The notes beneath the pieces are model-generated. The model did no database searches. It was not told the DNA's origin and worked only from the letters and a program-made list of their open reading frames with translations. From Vicugna vicugna (taxonomy: Eukaryota): a stretch of DNA of 64,000 nt. The stretch lies in NCBI GenBank assembly GCA_013265495.1, contig MU058636.1, positions 10,143,066-10,207,065 on the forward strand, given 5' to 3'. The position numbers and the translations under genes are program-made. Below, piece by piece: positions 25,611 to 39,990 of the stretch; within the stretch, counting starts at the first letter, position 1, and every line of letters starts with the position of its first letter.

Positions 25611-28289
25611 ACATTCACTTCCGAAAGCTTGGTTGGTAAGAGTTTCTCTCTGAAAATTAAACTTGATCTCATAATACAATAAAATAAATGTTAGACCAGT
25701 CCTTCAACCAGAATAGATCACCAAGATCAACTTCACTTTAAGAGACTTCATGACCACCACAGTAAGTTGGAATGAAGAGAGAGTGAAACTTTTGATGGAT
25801 ATCAGTTTCTTGATGTCTTGTGATTTCTTTTTATTCCAACCAAAAAGATGAAATGAAATCTTACCCAGGAAGAAGTGGTCTTCACAAGTTTGTAGATATC
25901 AACATAAAAGAATTGCAAATCTCAGCAGGAAAAAGTCTCATGATGAATCGGTGATACCTGCCATGGCATGGCAAAGAAGAGGGTGGCATTTATGCCATTA
26001 TCTGCCACCCCTCATGTAGACAGCCTTGAGTCTCCCAGTTTCCTTTGAATGTTCAGGCACCCATCCAGGGCCCCTAATTACAGAGCACCGTGAAGACTCA
26101 ATCAAGGGAGTCATCCATCCTGGGGTTTTCTATGTCTGTTTCTTAGTTGCTTCCTAGATGGTTAATGTAGGAAAAGTTACTTTTCATCCTTCAGTTCCTA
26201 CCCAGTCTATTTCCTCGGACCCAGAGAGCCAGCTAGATTATCTCAGACCCCCCTGACCCCAGTAGAAAACCATAATCTATCAGCAATTAACCCTCTGTAC
26301 ATTGGTCCCACAGCCCAGCCCTCAGAGGAAGAGCAAGAACATGCCACCTCAATTTTGTATTGGGGCTGCTCATGTGTGTTCCAACTCGTCTGCCTCACAT
26401 TCTGCTTCTAAAATTAGGCATCAGAACAAATGTCATTCCTGCCTCGGATGGGTTTGTTTGTTTTCTTATCTCACAGGTCAAGGGGACATCCTCCCCTCCT
26501 GCTTCCTGACCCCCATGTGCTACCTGGAGAAAAAAAAAAGAAAGAAAAAAACCCCAGCTTCTTCCTTATCAGAAGCCAAGTTTCCTCACTGGGGCCAGTA
26601 ACCCTCATGGGACCGGGAGAAGATCAAAGGGTACTGCAGTCTGGGTTGCAGAAGGCTTTTCAGAAACCAATCACTAAATACAACCCAAGACCCAAAGCTC
26701 AACGCCCAGAGTGTGAATCAACTTCACTTCCCATTCTTCTACCAACGGACTTGAGCGCTTTATTTGAGATTTTTCGTGGGGTTGCCGACCATGTGTGTGT
26801 GTACCAATAACAAGAACAATCTCGCTTTATCTGGAAAGGTTGTCTTCTCAATCCCTACATGCAACTTCAGGAGGTCTCGGCTGTGATAGGAAAGGCCAGA
26901 CCGTCCAGGGAGCTGGATGTGCACTCAACATGGTGACAAAAGCAGTGGTTGCCTAGCCCTGTATCTGTATCTAATTCTCAGGGAAACAAAAAAAAAAATT
27001 CACACTGTTTTCTTTCATTTGGTCTCAGGCTAGATAGTTCTACGAAGGCAGGGGTCACATCTTGTGCTTTTTTTGTATTTCTTGTGAAAATAAGCCTAAT
27101 AAATACATATGCCTTGGTAGTCATGGCACACCCAGAGGGCAGGCAGGCTACTCATTCCATAGATGGGGACTGGAGACAAGTAAGGTTGTCTGCATACTAC
27201 TCAGAAGCTTGATGAATGAATTAACAAATTACTAAGTGTATAGCAAGGGGATGATCTGACTCCTAACCGCAAAGAAAACATTTGAAACACGACTTGTGAA
27301 CCGGCAGATGGTAATATCTCCTTTCCTTTGGGTGCTAGGAACACTCCATTTCAACCCAGCCTTCTCAACTTTACTTAGTAATTTCCTGTATGAGGTTACA
27401 TCATGGTATGGTCAATACCCCATGGATTGCAAGGAAAAAAAAAAAAAGAAACCCTTGCAAAACGGAGAAAATGCAATTTCTGAACATAGTATAAGTTAGG
27501 ATTATCAAACTGAGGCACTAGTAAATATACAAAAAGAACTGATATTTATTGACTGTTACTTTTGAGTCGAGCATCATGTGAGCATTTACATAAAACATCC
27601 CACTTAAATACGTTTTTTGCATGTTATCAATCTCGTAGCGTTTCCGATCTAGATATTTTGTGAGATAGTCTATAAGCAGAAATGGGAAGGTATGCAATCA
27701 ATTATTCCCTTCTTCCTTCTAGAAAATATTCAATTTAAGCTCTCAACTCTGTAATTTTTTTTAAATAAACACAAACATTTATGAAAATGGGAGAGACAAT
27801 TAAATTTCTGCAACCTCTCTAAGTCTAATGGCACCTGAGCTATTCAGAATACAGTTTATGGGCATTTAACACTCAGCAAATGTGCAAATAAGAATTACTT
27901 CAATGTGATTCATTAGGTTGATGGGCTCCTCTTAAAAGGAAATAATATTTATCTGCGGATTATTTGAAGTGTGCATCCAGAGCTCGTGGGCAGATCCCTC
28001 AGATCAGAGTCCCAAGGCCAAACACCAATTGTTTGCTGTTGTTTCGTTTTGTTGTCAACACAAGACAGTAAGTGGCTCTGAGTACACCATGCCCTTGCCA
28101 AGTCAAAAAAACAACAACACTCCATTTGAGAGGAACTGGACTGTTTTGCATGAGCCTGAATGGGAGTTTCTTACTGAAAATCTATTCTGGTCAATGAAGA
28201 AATACACTCTGATACTCACCTGCGTTCTCATCAGCGTCCCAAGTGGACTTATGCACTGAGCCCATTTAGAGTGTGTACAGCAAATACAA

Positions 28290-28520
28290 TGGATTTCGTG
28301 TATTAAGCACCTGTCATGTTCTAGATAATTAACTCTCTCCATTATCCACATTCTAATTTTGTGAAGGACTATTATTCCACCCCACCCCACCCCCCCCATT
28401 TTAGAGATGAGAGGAGACAAAGGCTCAGAGAGATTAAGAAACTCAGCCAAAATCACACAGACAGCAAGTTGCAGAACAGGAATCCTGAACCAGGTATTTT
28501 AGTTCCCAGGCCCGGGCTGG
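28290..28520 (-). mobile_element. MIR SINE
   Basis: cccattttagagatgag...aggctcagagagattaagaaactcagccaaaatcacacag. Confidence 0.8.
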
Positions 28521-29179
28521 AGCTGGTGGAGGGACCACTGTCTACGGAGTCCCATGTTTGTTCTTTGGAGCCAGTGCAGTGACAGAACTGAACACAGGAA
28601 GTCTGAGTCTGCAGCTGGAGGGTAAGTTACTCACAGGGAAAGGACAGGGATCCGGGCGTCAGCCAAGCGGTGCAGCCTGGCTGAGCTGTGCAGGGTTTGC
28701 TGGGAAGGAGGGAGAAGCAGCCTTCGCTGCAGCGTGAGGGTCACTGTAGAATGAAAGGAGTGAGCGGAAATGACCAGCTAGGGTGAAGCGATGCTACAAA
28801 TCTTTAAGCAGCTTTTAATCTGCTCTCCTACTTCTGAGCATTAGCACCATATGAACCACAACCATAAGCCCACCAGGACTGCCACTGCCGCAGCCAGCAC
28901 CACAAGAGCAACAATGCCACCCGTCTCTGCCCCCCATAGCACCTACGCCACGAGCTCAGCTCACCTCCACCGCCCTTCATTTTTTACATGTTTTTTCCCC
29001 ATGTCTTATTCCTTGGCTGTCTCCTACTCAATAACCAAAAGGCAAGAAGGTTGTTCTCACCAGCACAGAAGAAAAGACATCCTTCTGTTTCTCGTGTGGC
29101 TCCCACTTAATCTTCAACAGGACTACAGAACTAAACTATGATGCTTACTATATGCCTACATCAGCATGTTTTCAAAGCT

Positions 29180-29360
29180 CACTCGATTGTCAGACAAAAC
29201 TGGGATCCAATCCTGAATCCGCCTTTATGCACAAATACTGGACATGTTATTTAATGTCTCTAAGCTTCAGACACCTTTTCTTTGAATAGGGATAAAACCT
29301 CTACGTGTTAGAATTAATGTGACAATAGATGTGGGGGTAAAAGAGAGGCTGGCACAGTCC
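29180..29360 (+). mobile_element. MIR SINE
   Basis: gtcagacaaaactgggatccaatcctg...ggacatgttatttaatgtctctaagcttcag. Confidence 0.65.
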
Positions 29361-29628
29361 AAGATCACTGAAGCTGCAACTGAACCTGAGCCTGGGGCGA
29401 CGTGCCATCCCTCCTGCAGCTGGTCTAGGTCAAGGTCCCTGAAGTCTAGCTGACTGCTCATACCTGAGAATGTTGGGGCTGCTGCAAGAAACAGTGAAGG
29501 ATGCAAGAGAATGGGACATGGAGATGATGCAGAGGGATGTGAGAGGCCTTGGTAGGAGGGAAGAAAGGTGCATTTTGGCAGGACTAATACATTCATTTGT
29601 GAAGGTCTGAAAACTTTTACATACGGCT

Positions 29629-30170
29629 TGTTTCCATCAGGTATAATGCAGGAAATAGTATCATTTTAGGTATATTAAACAGAAAGAAATTTAATACAGG
29701 GAGTTGGGTGCTTACAAAGTCTTTTTGGAAGGGCCAACAGAAGTTCTGGGATGAGCCTAGAGCAGGGACTCCCAGAACAATGCGGACTGATCCACCAGAC
29801 CAGCTGCCAGCCTGAGGCTGGTCCGGAAGCTGTGGGTTCAAGACCCCCTCCCACAGCCACGAACCAGGGACCAGGAGGCCAGAGTACGGAGGTCCCCACA
29901 GCTGCTCTGCTTCTGCGACCGCCTCGCAAGAGCCAGAAACCCAAAGAAAGCAACCTGAAGTGCGGCTGTCGGAAACATCACCAAAAATGAAAGTCGGATG
30001 GCCTACACCCCACTTCTGCCTGCCAAATCCAAAGCGGAAGAGTATATAATTAGCAGAACCTAATTCTCATTCAGAATCCTCCCTGCGGGGGAATCTGCCA
30101 TACGTCAGTTTTAGATTCCCAACACCTCCAACCAGAAGCAGAGCGGAGATCGAGCAAGCACCCACAGCCC
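29629..30170 (-). mobile_element. Ancient MaLR LTR (MLT1M/N-like)
   Basis: caggaaatag...aggtatattaaacagaaagaaatttaatacagggagttgg ... gcagaacctaatt...cagaatcctccctgcgggggaatctg...agttttagattcc. Confidence 0.55.
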
Positions 30171-30849
30171 CCATGGCTTCTGAGACATCTGAACTCCCAC
30201 AGATCCTGACTCTGACTTTGCCAAATGTCTTCTTCTCACCACCCTCTCAATCTACTTTTCAGGGTCTAGAATCTAAGACCTTATATAATCAAGTCTTTTC
30301 TTTCTTTTTTTGGTAGCTCCTACCATTTTGATGAAAACATCCTTCTTATCTCATCTCAGTACATTTTAAAGCTTAAATAAATGGTGCTTATCTTTTCTCT
30401 TTGGTAATATGTGATTTGACCTATTTTTCACACATGAATTTCAAGGTCTAACTCTGATAAACTTCAAGTTTGACTTAGGAAATTAATTTAGCATGCAGTT
30501 TATATAAATGACACCAGAAATCTTACTCATACACAATAGCATTACTGACCTTCAAATGATAAAGGGGGAGAGAATGAGGCTGAGAAATTCCTTATTTTAT
30601 TATAGGATTGCTACAAAGAAGAATCCTTTACTGTCAACAGATTTGTATACTTCTATTTATTTTGCTTAAAGTGCATTTGTGTTTTTTAGGTTTTGTTTTT
30701 GATGACCTTAGCATGAAAAAATGATAGTAATAAAAGTGAACATTTCGGCTTTCATTCAATTTGCTCATGGACACAAGGCATTTTTACATTCATTATGCTA
30801 TGCTGCAATCCTTTTTTTTTTCCAATTACAGTCTAGCCTACCTTTTGTA

Positions 30850-32620
30850 TGTTACCTTTAACTTAGGACATGTTCAAACTTATACAATAATGGCCACTTT
30901 TGTTTCATTTTTATCCCCACAAATACCAAGGATTTGAAGCAAATCCCAGAAATCATTTTATCTTTTTAAATGTGTAAATCCAAATGATCATAAACCTAAA
31001 AAATAACATCAACTCCTCAACATAAACACTGAGTCAGTGTTCACATTTCCCTATCCTTTTTAAAAAATTTTTTATTATCTAGAGTTTTGAACATACACTA
31101 AAAAGACAAAATAATACCTTCTCTACGTGCACCACTTGGCCCCAACGACCATCAGCCCATCGTCTGTCTGGCCTCATCCCCATCCCAATAGATCTCCCCT
31201 TAACTTTATGTTTTTGAAGTAAATCCCAGGCCTCGTATCATTCCTGTGAATATTTCAATATATACCTATAGAGGATAAAGATTCTAACATAACCACAATA
31301 CCAGGACCACATGTAACAAAATAATAATTCCCTAGACAGTGTTCAAATATCCTAATCTCATATGTGCCATTAACATTTTTACAGTTTTTAAAAATTAGAA
31401 TACTTTTTAAAAATAGGATCTAAAGACGATCTGCACTTTGTATTTGATTGATGTCCTTTAAATCGCCTTTGATCTTACAGGTTCCTTTTCCATCCCTTTT
31501 TTCTTTTCCTTGTAATATGAAGGAATTGGATTGTTTGTCCTGTGAAAGTCCCTGCAATCTGGATTTTGGTGATTGTGGCCCCATGGTGCAATTTAACGTT
31601 TCTCTGTCCTCTGAATTTCCTATAAGTTGGCAGCTGGATCCAGAGGCTTAAGCATATTCAGGTATTTTTGTGTCAAGAGGGGTACTGTGTTCTATTGGGT
31701 GGGGAGGCGCACAATATCTGTTTGTCTGTAGTTTTGTGATGTTAGTATTCATTCACGTTCAATGTCTATATTCACTGATTCTTTAGTGGTTACAAAATGG
31801 CAATAGTTCATCCTGGATCACTTCTAGAGTGAGAAACTTCCCCCTCTTCTACTTGGCTGTCTCCTAGCTCAGTTCATATTAAAAAGGAAGAACGAATGCT
31901 TGATCCTTCCCTCCTGTTTACCAGGTTTCAAATAACAAGTTGGTTCCTTGGTATCCTCCAATAATGACCAACTCACTTTTACTTTTTAAAGTGTCATTAT
32001 AAACTCATGAATTTAAGAATATCTGAACTACTTCTATCCACTGCAGTAACTGTTCTTATTGATGCTCATCTTTCCCATCGTTGACCAAGTTAGCTCCTGA
32101 GTTCTTCCAAGATGATGCTATTCATCTTTCATACCTTCCTCACTACCAGACATGACAATATTTCCTAAATTCATAATGTATACCATGCATGGAATTGGCC
32201 ACTTCTTTAAGGAAACCTGGTTCCTTTTAGGGGAACGTGATGTCAGAGCCCACGATCTAATGTTAGCAGTGCTCAATGCTACTGGGCTGCCTCCCAATGA
32301 TCCCAAGATTATAAATCTTTTATGTAGTTTGCTTGTTTGAACTGATATCCGAGTACAGTTCATACATTACTATTAGTTATACATCTTAAGTCTCTTTTAA
32401 CTTCTCAGTTCCCCCATTCATGTTGCCCATGTCTTATTGTTGTCCTTGTTGTTGAAGAAGAAAAGGAAGATATTAGATTATTTGTTCTTTAGAATTTCCT
32501 ATATCTGAGTTTGGCTAATTGCATCCCATGGTGTCTTTTAACACGTTCCTGTTCTTTGTTTTCCTATAAATTGGTCACAGGGTCTAGGTGCTTGATTAAG
32601 CCAAAGATTTACTGATTATA
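30850..32620 (-). mobile_element. L1MC4/L1MC5-like 3' regions, two related copies
   Basis: Diagnostic blocks occur twice in diverged form (tttgaagcaaatcccag near 30935 and 31213; cccatggtg...tttcctataa.ttgg near 31580 and 32526). Confidence 0.75.
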
Positions 32621-33006
32621 TTTTCTCTCTTAGCTTTCAATTCCTGCAAGTTTACAGAACAAAGAAAATACATCTTATTTTCTTACCCAAAAGCATCAGA
32701 AAGTTTCAGAAAGAAAAGTGGTGCTAGGAACACCCCACCCAGTATGTGTTCCTGTGTATTGCAGTACAAATTATTTACCTTTAATTCCTTAAAAATAAAA
32801 ACAAGGACCAGGAGATGAGCAAGACTGAAAATGGTGCAGCATCATGTACAGAGATCCTCTTACCCTTCAACACGTCACTTTCTTTGCTTTTCCCTAAGTC
32901 ACTGCAGTAACTGGACATCATTGCTATACAGCAGGCCCTACCTGGGCTTTCCCAGCCCATCACCCTCAGCATCTTCTAATTGACAGCAATTAAAACATTC
33001 ATTTTT

Positions 33007-33670
33007 CCCTTAAAAAACTAAAAATAGAGTTGCCATATGATTCAGCAATCCCACTCCTGGGCATATATCCTGAAAAGATGAAAACTCTAATTCTAAAAGA
33101 TACACACACCCCAATGTTCATAGAAGCATTATTTATAACAGCCAAGACATAGAAGAAGCCTAAATGCCCACTGACAGAGGACTGGATGAAGAACTTGTAT
33201 ATATGTATGTGATGGAATACTACGCAGCTATAAAGAAGAATGAAACGTGCCGTTAGCAGCAACATAGATGGACCCAGAGATTATCATACTAAGTGAAGTA
33301 AGTCAGCAAAAAATAGACAAATACCATATGATGTGACTTATATGTGGAATCTAAAAAAATGACACAAATGAACGTATTTACAAAACAGAAAAAGAATCAC
33401 AGACATAGAAAACAAACTTATGGTTACTAAAGGGGAAACGGGGTGGGGGAGGGATAAATTAGGAGTTTGGGATTACCAGATACAAACTACTTTTTATATA
33501 AAATAGATAAATAACAAGGTCCTACTGCATAGCACAGGGAACTACATTCAATATCTTATAATAACCTATAATGACAAAGAATATATGTGTGTATAACTGA
33601 ATCACTTTGCTGTATACCAGAAACTAATACAACATTGTAAATCAACTATACTTCAATTTCTAAAAAAAAA
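33007..33670 (+). mobile_element. Young cetartiodactyl-type L1, 5'-truncated (ORF2 C-terminus, 3'UTR, polyA)
   Basis: Translates LKKLKIELPYDSAIPLLGIYPEKMKTLI (ORF2p C-terminal region); ends ...aacattgtaaatcaactatacttcaat plus A-tail; imperfect TSD aaaacattcatttt (32992) / aaagcatttatttt (33668). Confidence 0.93.
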
Positions 33671-35619
33671 GCATTTATTTTAAGGGAAAGAATTTGAGCA
33701 CCCAGGCCTGTGCCTTCTATGGTTATTTTCTGCTCCAACAGAAAATAAATTGGTCAACCAAAACTTAGCTTAAAAAAAAGTCTTTGCTCTTTACAAACAT
33801 ATTTGTTATCAGCCTTCTAGAAAGATGTTAGATATTAATCTGAGGCTGGAGGGTTGGGAGGGGAATAGAAAAACTCCCAATCAGCTGGTCATGAGCATGA
33901 TCTGAGATCGTAAACCTGTATCAGGAGGCTTAGTGTCACTGGATTCTTGGAGAATATAACTGATAAAAGCTGTTATTATCTACAAGTGATTTTGCAGATT
34001 AAATAGAGATACAAACGAGTATAATTTAAAGGGGACCAAGGTCATGCAGGTTTACCTGGCTCAGAAACGCAAGTCTGCCACGTGAACAGCATACATTTCA
34101 CCGATGATCCAACTGAGTCCCACACAAAAGAAGAGAGCCTCGTGGAGTGGGCTGAGATCCACAGAGCCCAGTACAGTCTGGCATCACTGGCATCACTTGC
34201 CGCACTCAACTGACAATGCAGAGGTGAGGCAAGGAAGGCAGAAGCAGCCCCTGGAATAGGGCGATTCTGTGGCTCAGCTGTGAACCCCACATACAGTATC
34301 TGCCACCTGCAGCCCCTCTGACCTGAAGTGGTAAGGCCTCATTTCCCCTGAGCTCTGCCATGCTTCACACCCAACAAACCCTAATGAACCGTTAACAGAA
34401 TACGTTAACAGCCTCCAGCCTCTCCAAGGTGGGACTGGAAATGAGAGACGCAACTGGTATCTTTGAAGTGAGTCCTGAACACCTTGCCATCCTTGGTCCT
34501 TCCATCTCTGGCTTCAGCAACACCCGCCATAGAACCAGGCCACTGCCTCAGTTTCACTCTAGTTTCCCACCAGGTCCTGTTCCAGCAGTTTCATGTGGCT
34601 GAATCCTGTTGCTTTGCTGTGGATGCCGAATCTGGGTCCCCTGCATCTTCAGCCTAGTGACAGTTTTGGGGATGCTACAACCATCCCAGTCTTCCCCAAT
34701 GGAGCGAGTCCTGGACCACAAGTCTTGAGTTCAAGCTTGAGCTTTACAAATCTCATTAAATTTAGTCATTAAACCCATGAGTTCCCATTTCCTCATATGA
34801 AGATTAAGGATACCATCAAGCACATTCCCTACCTTTGATAGTGGTTAAATAAAAGCAAGATAAGAAACTAGATTGTGCTACCTCCCTCCTGTCCAGAGCT
34901 TATTTTCCCACCAGCTTTCTAAGCTCTACACATTTCTCCAGGTATGGTCTCTCTCTGCAGCTGCTTCCCACGTATCCACCAGGACACTTGGGGGTCTTCC
35001 AGATGGACAGTCGTGTGGCTTAGAACACCCTGGACTAGTTTGGCTAGAAGCATAGCAAGACTCTCGCCAAACTACCAGGCAGCAACCAAAAGAAGGAAAT
35101 TACCATGGGCGACAGATTCTTCAAATCTCAGATAGAGCAGCTCGCCCAAGAAACAACTTCACATGTGCACAGACTGAAAAGCCTCATAGACCCAACTCTG
35201 GTATTTGGCTCAAGTCACACCCCATTGGAACCACCATCAACATAGTCACCTTTGAAAACAATAGGCAGCTTTAAACATAATTAGCTAGATCAACACAACG
35301 ACCAAACAGTAACATGACTTATTTCACAACGCGCTTGGCAAAACCAGATGGATATGGTTAAGACCGTTAGAGAAAGTTGCTCTGAAAAACCAAACAACCA
35401 ACCAAACAAACAAAAAAGCATCCAGTACAACGATGTAATTTAATGTCCAATACATTGCAAACAAGTCAAGAGGAACAGAGCATCCCAACAACTAAGACTT
35501 ACCCTTCTCTTGGAAGTGGTGGGAAACAGGAGTCGTCCGTCCCAGTGAAGTCTGGTCCTTGAACAGAAGCTCTGTTCTCCACAGAGGAAGGATGCTCAGC
35601 TGATGGAGAAAACAAGCAA

Positions 35620-35795
35620 ATGCTGCATGTCAGGCACTGGGCTAGGGGCTTACGTCTCCTTTCTCAGTTAGTTTTCACAAAATGACATTAGCCAGATAAA
35701 GACATCAATTCAGGGAGAATGAGTGACGCACCCAAGGGTGCATAGCCAGCAAGTGTGGGAGTTAAGGATCTTTGTATTTCAACCCACTGACTTCT
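35620..35795 (-). mobile_element. MIR SINE
   Basis: catgtcaggcactgggctaggggcttac...gagtgacgcacccaagggtgcatagccagcaagtg. Confidence 0.6.
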
Positions 35796-36124
35796 CTGTA
35801 AAAGGTAGGTTTAAAGCAAAGCACTTCCTACTCCAGCCAGCCCAGCAAACCTCCTGATACATGCACGGTTGTCATCGTGGGGGTGGGGGGACATGTGGTG
35901 GGGACTCCACAGAGAACGTCAAAATGGGCTGGGCTTCCCTGTCACTCATGAGTCATGGTTACCATTTTGTGCTTATGAAACCACGACCAAAATGGAACTC
36001 AACAAGGGAGTTTTTGCATTTTAGTAATTCAAAAATGATACCTCTACCATGCATAGTAGACGCTAGCCCTGGGATTTCTATTACCTAAGACTATCAAAAT
36101 GCAGATCCAACCAAGACACCAGCA

Positions 36125-36670
36125 TGGCAGTGGTGTGTAAACTGGTACAAACTTTTGGGCCACGGCTATTAAAATCTGAAAATCAAAAATCTTTTGACCT
36201 AATATTTTCTCATCTAGAAACTTAACTACAGTAAGGCCATACAGTACCCAAAGATCTGTATACAAGGACATTTATTTCAGGATTGTTTATAAACGCGGAA
36301 AATTGGGAGCAACGCACATATTCACCAATGGGAATTGGCTAAATAAATTATAGTACACATATAAAATGGAATATTCCACAGCCACTAAAAAAATACAAAT
36401 GTGCGTTGACATGAAAAATATGCCCAAGATGTGTCGCTGAGAGAAAAAAAGCATATTGTAAGACAGCATGCATAAAATTATCCCATTTTTGTAAATAATA
36501 AAACATATGGTTGTATATGTGTAGGGAGAAGATCTGGAATGATATTCACCAAACTATTCACAGTGGCTTTTCTGGAGGATGGGACTAAAAAAGTTCCTAC
36601 TTTCTAATTTATAGATTTCTATACTTCTAGAAATTATTATTTATATGTATTTTTACCATAAAAAATTAAC
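36125..36670 (+). mobile_element. L1ME3-like 3' end
   Basis: gtgtaaactggtacaaacttttggg...tacaaggacatttatt...ggaattggctaaataaattatagtacac...aatggaatattccacagcc. Confidence 0.85.
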
Positions 36671-37429
36671 AAAGATTTGTGTTCTACTTTTAGTTTGGGG
36701 CTTGGTGTATGGAATATAAGAACATAATCAACACTGCACGTCTGGAACCAAAAAGGAGGACAAAGAGAACTGAAAGTCTCCAAAACATGAGTCTTGAGTG
36801 TGAGAAACGACTATTCATGTGCGGATATATGGACTGGATTTGCTGGCAGCTTCCAAGCACACAGCTGCAGATATACATATTGTTGATGATCCAAAATTGT
36901 CCTTGAGGTTTCTGGGGGAAATGGCAGACTTTGTTTGCATGATTCCTCTCCCTAAAATTCATTTAGATAAATAAAAATCAATTCCGCTTATGGTTGGGTC
37001 TGTACGGTTTTCAATTCAACAAACTTACTTTCAAGGAGAAGATTCTCTAACAGGGTGTTTTGGGGCCTTCAGTCTTGATGTAAGGATTCATTAGGTCATA
37101 GAGACAAAGCTAATTATGTTTCCCAACCAATTCCCTTCCTGGAAGCGTCTGAAAGTTGCATGTTAAGGACACACACTGTACCATGGACCACCCCCCATCC
37201 TCAAGGGGTGGCAGAAGGGGAGGGAGCAGTTGATGTGTCTGGAACATGGGTTAATGCAGGTGGGGAAATAGCTGGAGATGGCGGGGAAACTAGGATGAGG
37301 TGGTGACTGCCACAGGCTGGCCTGGACTTTGGTCTAAAGGCCAATGGAACATACTGCTGGTCGGAGGACATGGAAAGTAGCTAACCCTCCGTTAGACAGA
37401 TAACCCAGGAAGCTGCAGCAGCTCCAGAG

Positions 37430-38070
37430 AGGTGCTAATTCCGATGGCCCATCTCCTGCCAGGAGCCTCGTGGATTTGAATATCCCGAAGTGCCAACGGC
37501 CACAGAAGCCTCCCAGGTGTGCACATCTAGACTGGCTGTCACTCAGCCGAACAACTCATTCCTCCTCTACTCTACACTCGGTTCATCAGCAAAGGCCGTT
37601 GGCTCTGCCTTCAGAACAAATCCTGAATCCCACCCCTCCTCCCCAGCTCCTGCTCCCCTACCCTAATCCAAGCTGCCAGCCTCCAGAGAGTGATGCTTTA
37701 AGAACTCAAGTCAGGGCTCCACAACTCCCGGAGGCTTCCGATCACACTTGGGATAAAATCCAAAGTCCAGCCCCAGCCTGCATGCTCAGCTCTGCCCCTC
37801 ACCTCACCTGGGGCAGCCCCACCACCCCCTCACGGCTGCTTCCTCACTCCGAGCCCACCCCCACCAGCTGTCCCCTGTGCATTCAGAAGCCTTCCTGAGC
37901 CTCCTTCCTGTCCGAAGGGCAACACACCTGCCTCCCTGCCCTCACACAGCCTCTGCTGCTCCCACTCGGAGCTGCCCACACTGCCACACCCCCCGCCCCA
38001 CGCCAGTGCCTGGCACACAATAAGCCCCCGGGAGAAACGTGAGCGTTCATGAAGCAGTCAATAAATGGCA
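37430..38070 (+). mobile_element. L2 3' region
   Basis: catcagcaaaggccgttggctctgccttcagaacaaatcctgaatcc...ggataaaatccaaagtcc...cagtgcctggcacacaataag. Confidence 0.75.
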
Positions 38071-39204
38071 ATTTCGTAACATCAAGAGGAATAAACATGA
38101 CGCTAATAGGCTAAGCTCTGTTCCTCCCTTACAGACCTTAACAAATTACTCGGACCATGTTCTCATTCTAAGCACCTCCACTCAGGCTGAATTAACGTTC
38201 AGCCTGAGGCTTCTGTCTCAAAGGTAGGACAGGGGCATTTATTAAGAGTGACCAGAGGCGAACAGAAATGCCTGAGAGTCCCACGGAGCTAAACCAGCTA
38301 CTGGCAGGTGCCACCCTGCACCTATGTTGGGGGGCTGCTACCACCCTGGACAGTGAGGAGGGACCAGATGGTGAAGAGGGCCCTGGGAAGCGGGTCTCAG
38401 GGCCTGTGTCTACTCCCGGCCTGCAAATCACTGACTCTCTCAGACCCCATAAGTGTTATAAATAAAAGCGCTCTGCCCTCATGTTCTTACAATGGTGAAA
38501 CTAAGTGACATGCTGGGAAGCAACTTGTACCCTGAATGTAGATGTCAACTTTTGACAGGGCCCCTCCCGGTGCCCAGCTCCACCCCCCGCCCCCCGGAGT
38601 GCCAAGCGGAAAGGGGGACCTGATGCCGATGGGAGGCTGGGGAGGAAAGGTTCGTTCACAATCATCCTAGAGCCAAGGAACGGTTCGCACGCTCAGAAAG
38701 ACTTGAAGGGTTACATCTGTGACGCCTCATGTTGTTTTGACAGAGTTCTTTTTTTAAGCTTAAAAAGGGGAGCAGGAGGAAATGTGGCCATTAAACCAGT
38801 AAATTCGCTTTTCGGAGACTCCATTATAGAATAAGCCCTCGCCAGACGTTCCCAGCACGCCGCACATCTCCTGTTGGCATGCCCCAGGGCGGAGAGGCCA
38901 CAAGCCACCAGCAGCCCCTGGACACAAGTGAGTCCTGAGTTCACCTTTGCCTGTTTCGGGCTGTTTCTCTACCCATTTCTTAAGATTCAGCTAAGAATGG
39001 TTCAGTGAAGACAACAAGAACAGAACAGAGAAAGGTGAGAATAAGAGAGAGAGACAGAAAGTCTGTGTTTTTGTGCTGGGGAAAAAAAAAACATCTCTTT
39101 GCCCTTTATAACCTGATCCATTTTCTCCACCTGAAAGAGGTGCGTCAGGAACACCCTCCATATACACTGAGAACATCAGAAATGGACTGAGTGGCTTGAA
39201 AGAG

Positions 39205-39400
39205 GTCGGCAGTGATTACCACCCCAGGATGTGATGTGTCATACACATGCCCTCCCGGGCTTCACCCCAGAAATTCTGATTTGGGGTATGTGTAGGTGTG
39301 TATTCAGATGTGGGGGCAGGGGAGGGGGGTCACATCTGTATTTTTCATGCCACCAGGGAATCCTGACTCACTCGGAGGGGAACTTGTGAACCACTCTAAT
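39205..39400 (+). mobile_element. MER5-like hAT-Charlie element
   Basis: cacatgccctcccgggcttcaccccagaaattctgattt...atctgtatttttca...ggaatcctga...cttgtgaaccact. Confidence 0.6.
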
Positions 39401-39634
39401 AGGGAACCACTCTAACAGGATCTGGAGTGACATCGGCCACATTAGATTCTGCCCACTGAGCGAGATTCCTTCCAGAAGAGTCACTCACGAGCTTTGCCAC
39501 CTCCAAAGTACAGAAAGGCTCACCAGCCCTCAGAATATTAGCCTGAAAACATTATCCACAGTCTTTATCAGTAGCAGCTGTGAATTTGAACATTGAATTG
39601 AATTTCAATAACCCACTCCTTCCCCTCTTAGCCC

Positions 39635-39990
39635 TTGCTCCATTGTCAAGTACGAGTTGAACACCTGCAACGGTCCAGACCCCGATACAGCAGAGGCCCC
39701 AGGAACACAGCAGAGACAGGTGGGCATAGCCCTTCCCTCCTAGCAGGGGCGGCACGAGGGGAGACGGGCGGTGAGCGGAATCCCATACACAGCCTCTGAG
39801 AACGGCTGTTAACTCGAGCCGGGAAACACACAGGACTGGGTGAAGGGATGTGATGGGGCTCGCTCCCCCAGCACCCACTCCCCACCCAGGGATCAGAAAC
39901 ACCATCCTGGGGAAGGAGTGCCCAAGCTGATGTCTAAAGGACCGTGAGAGTGACCCAGGCAAAGGGCTCACATCACACCTTTCCCTACAA
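39635..39990 (-). mobile_element. L2 fragment (CpG-rich); its first part is the donor of the insert at 41366-41462
   Basis: tcaagtacgagttgaacacctgcaacggtccagacc...ggaacacagcagagacag...cccttccctcctag parallels the reverse L2 3' end and continues beyond 39711. Confidence 0.55.
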
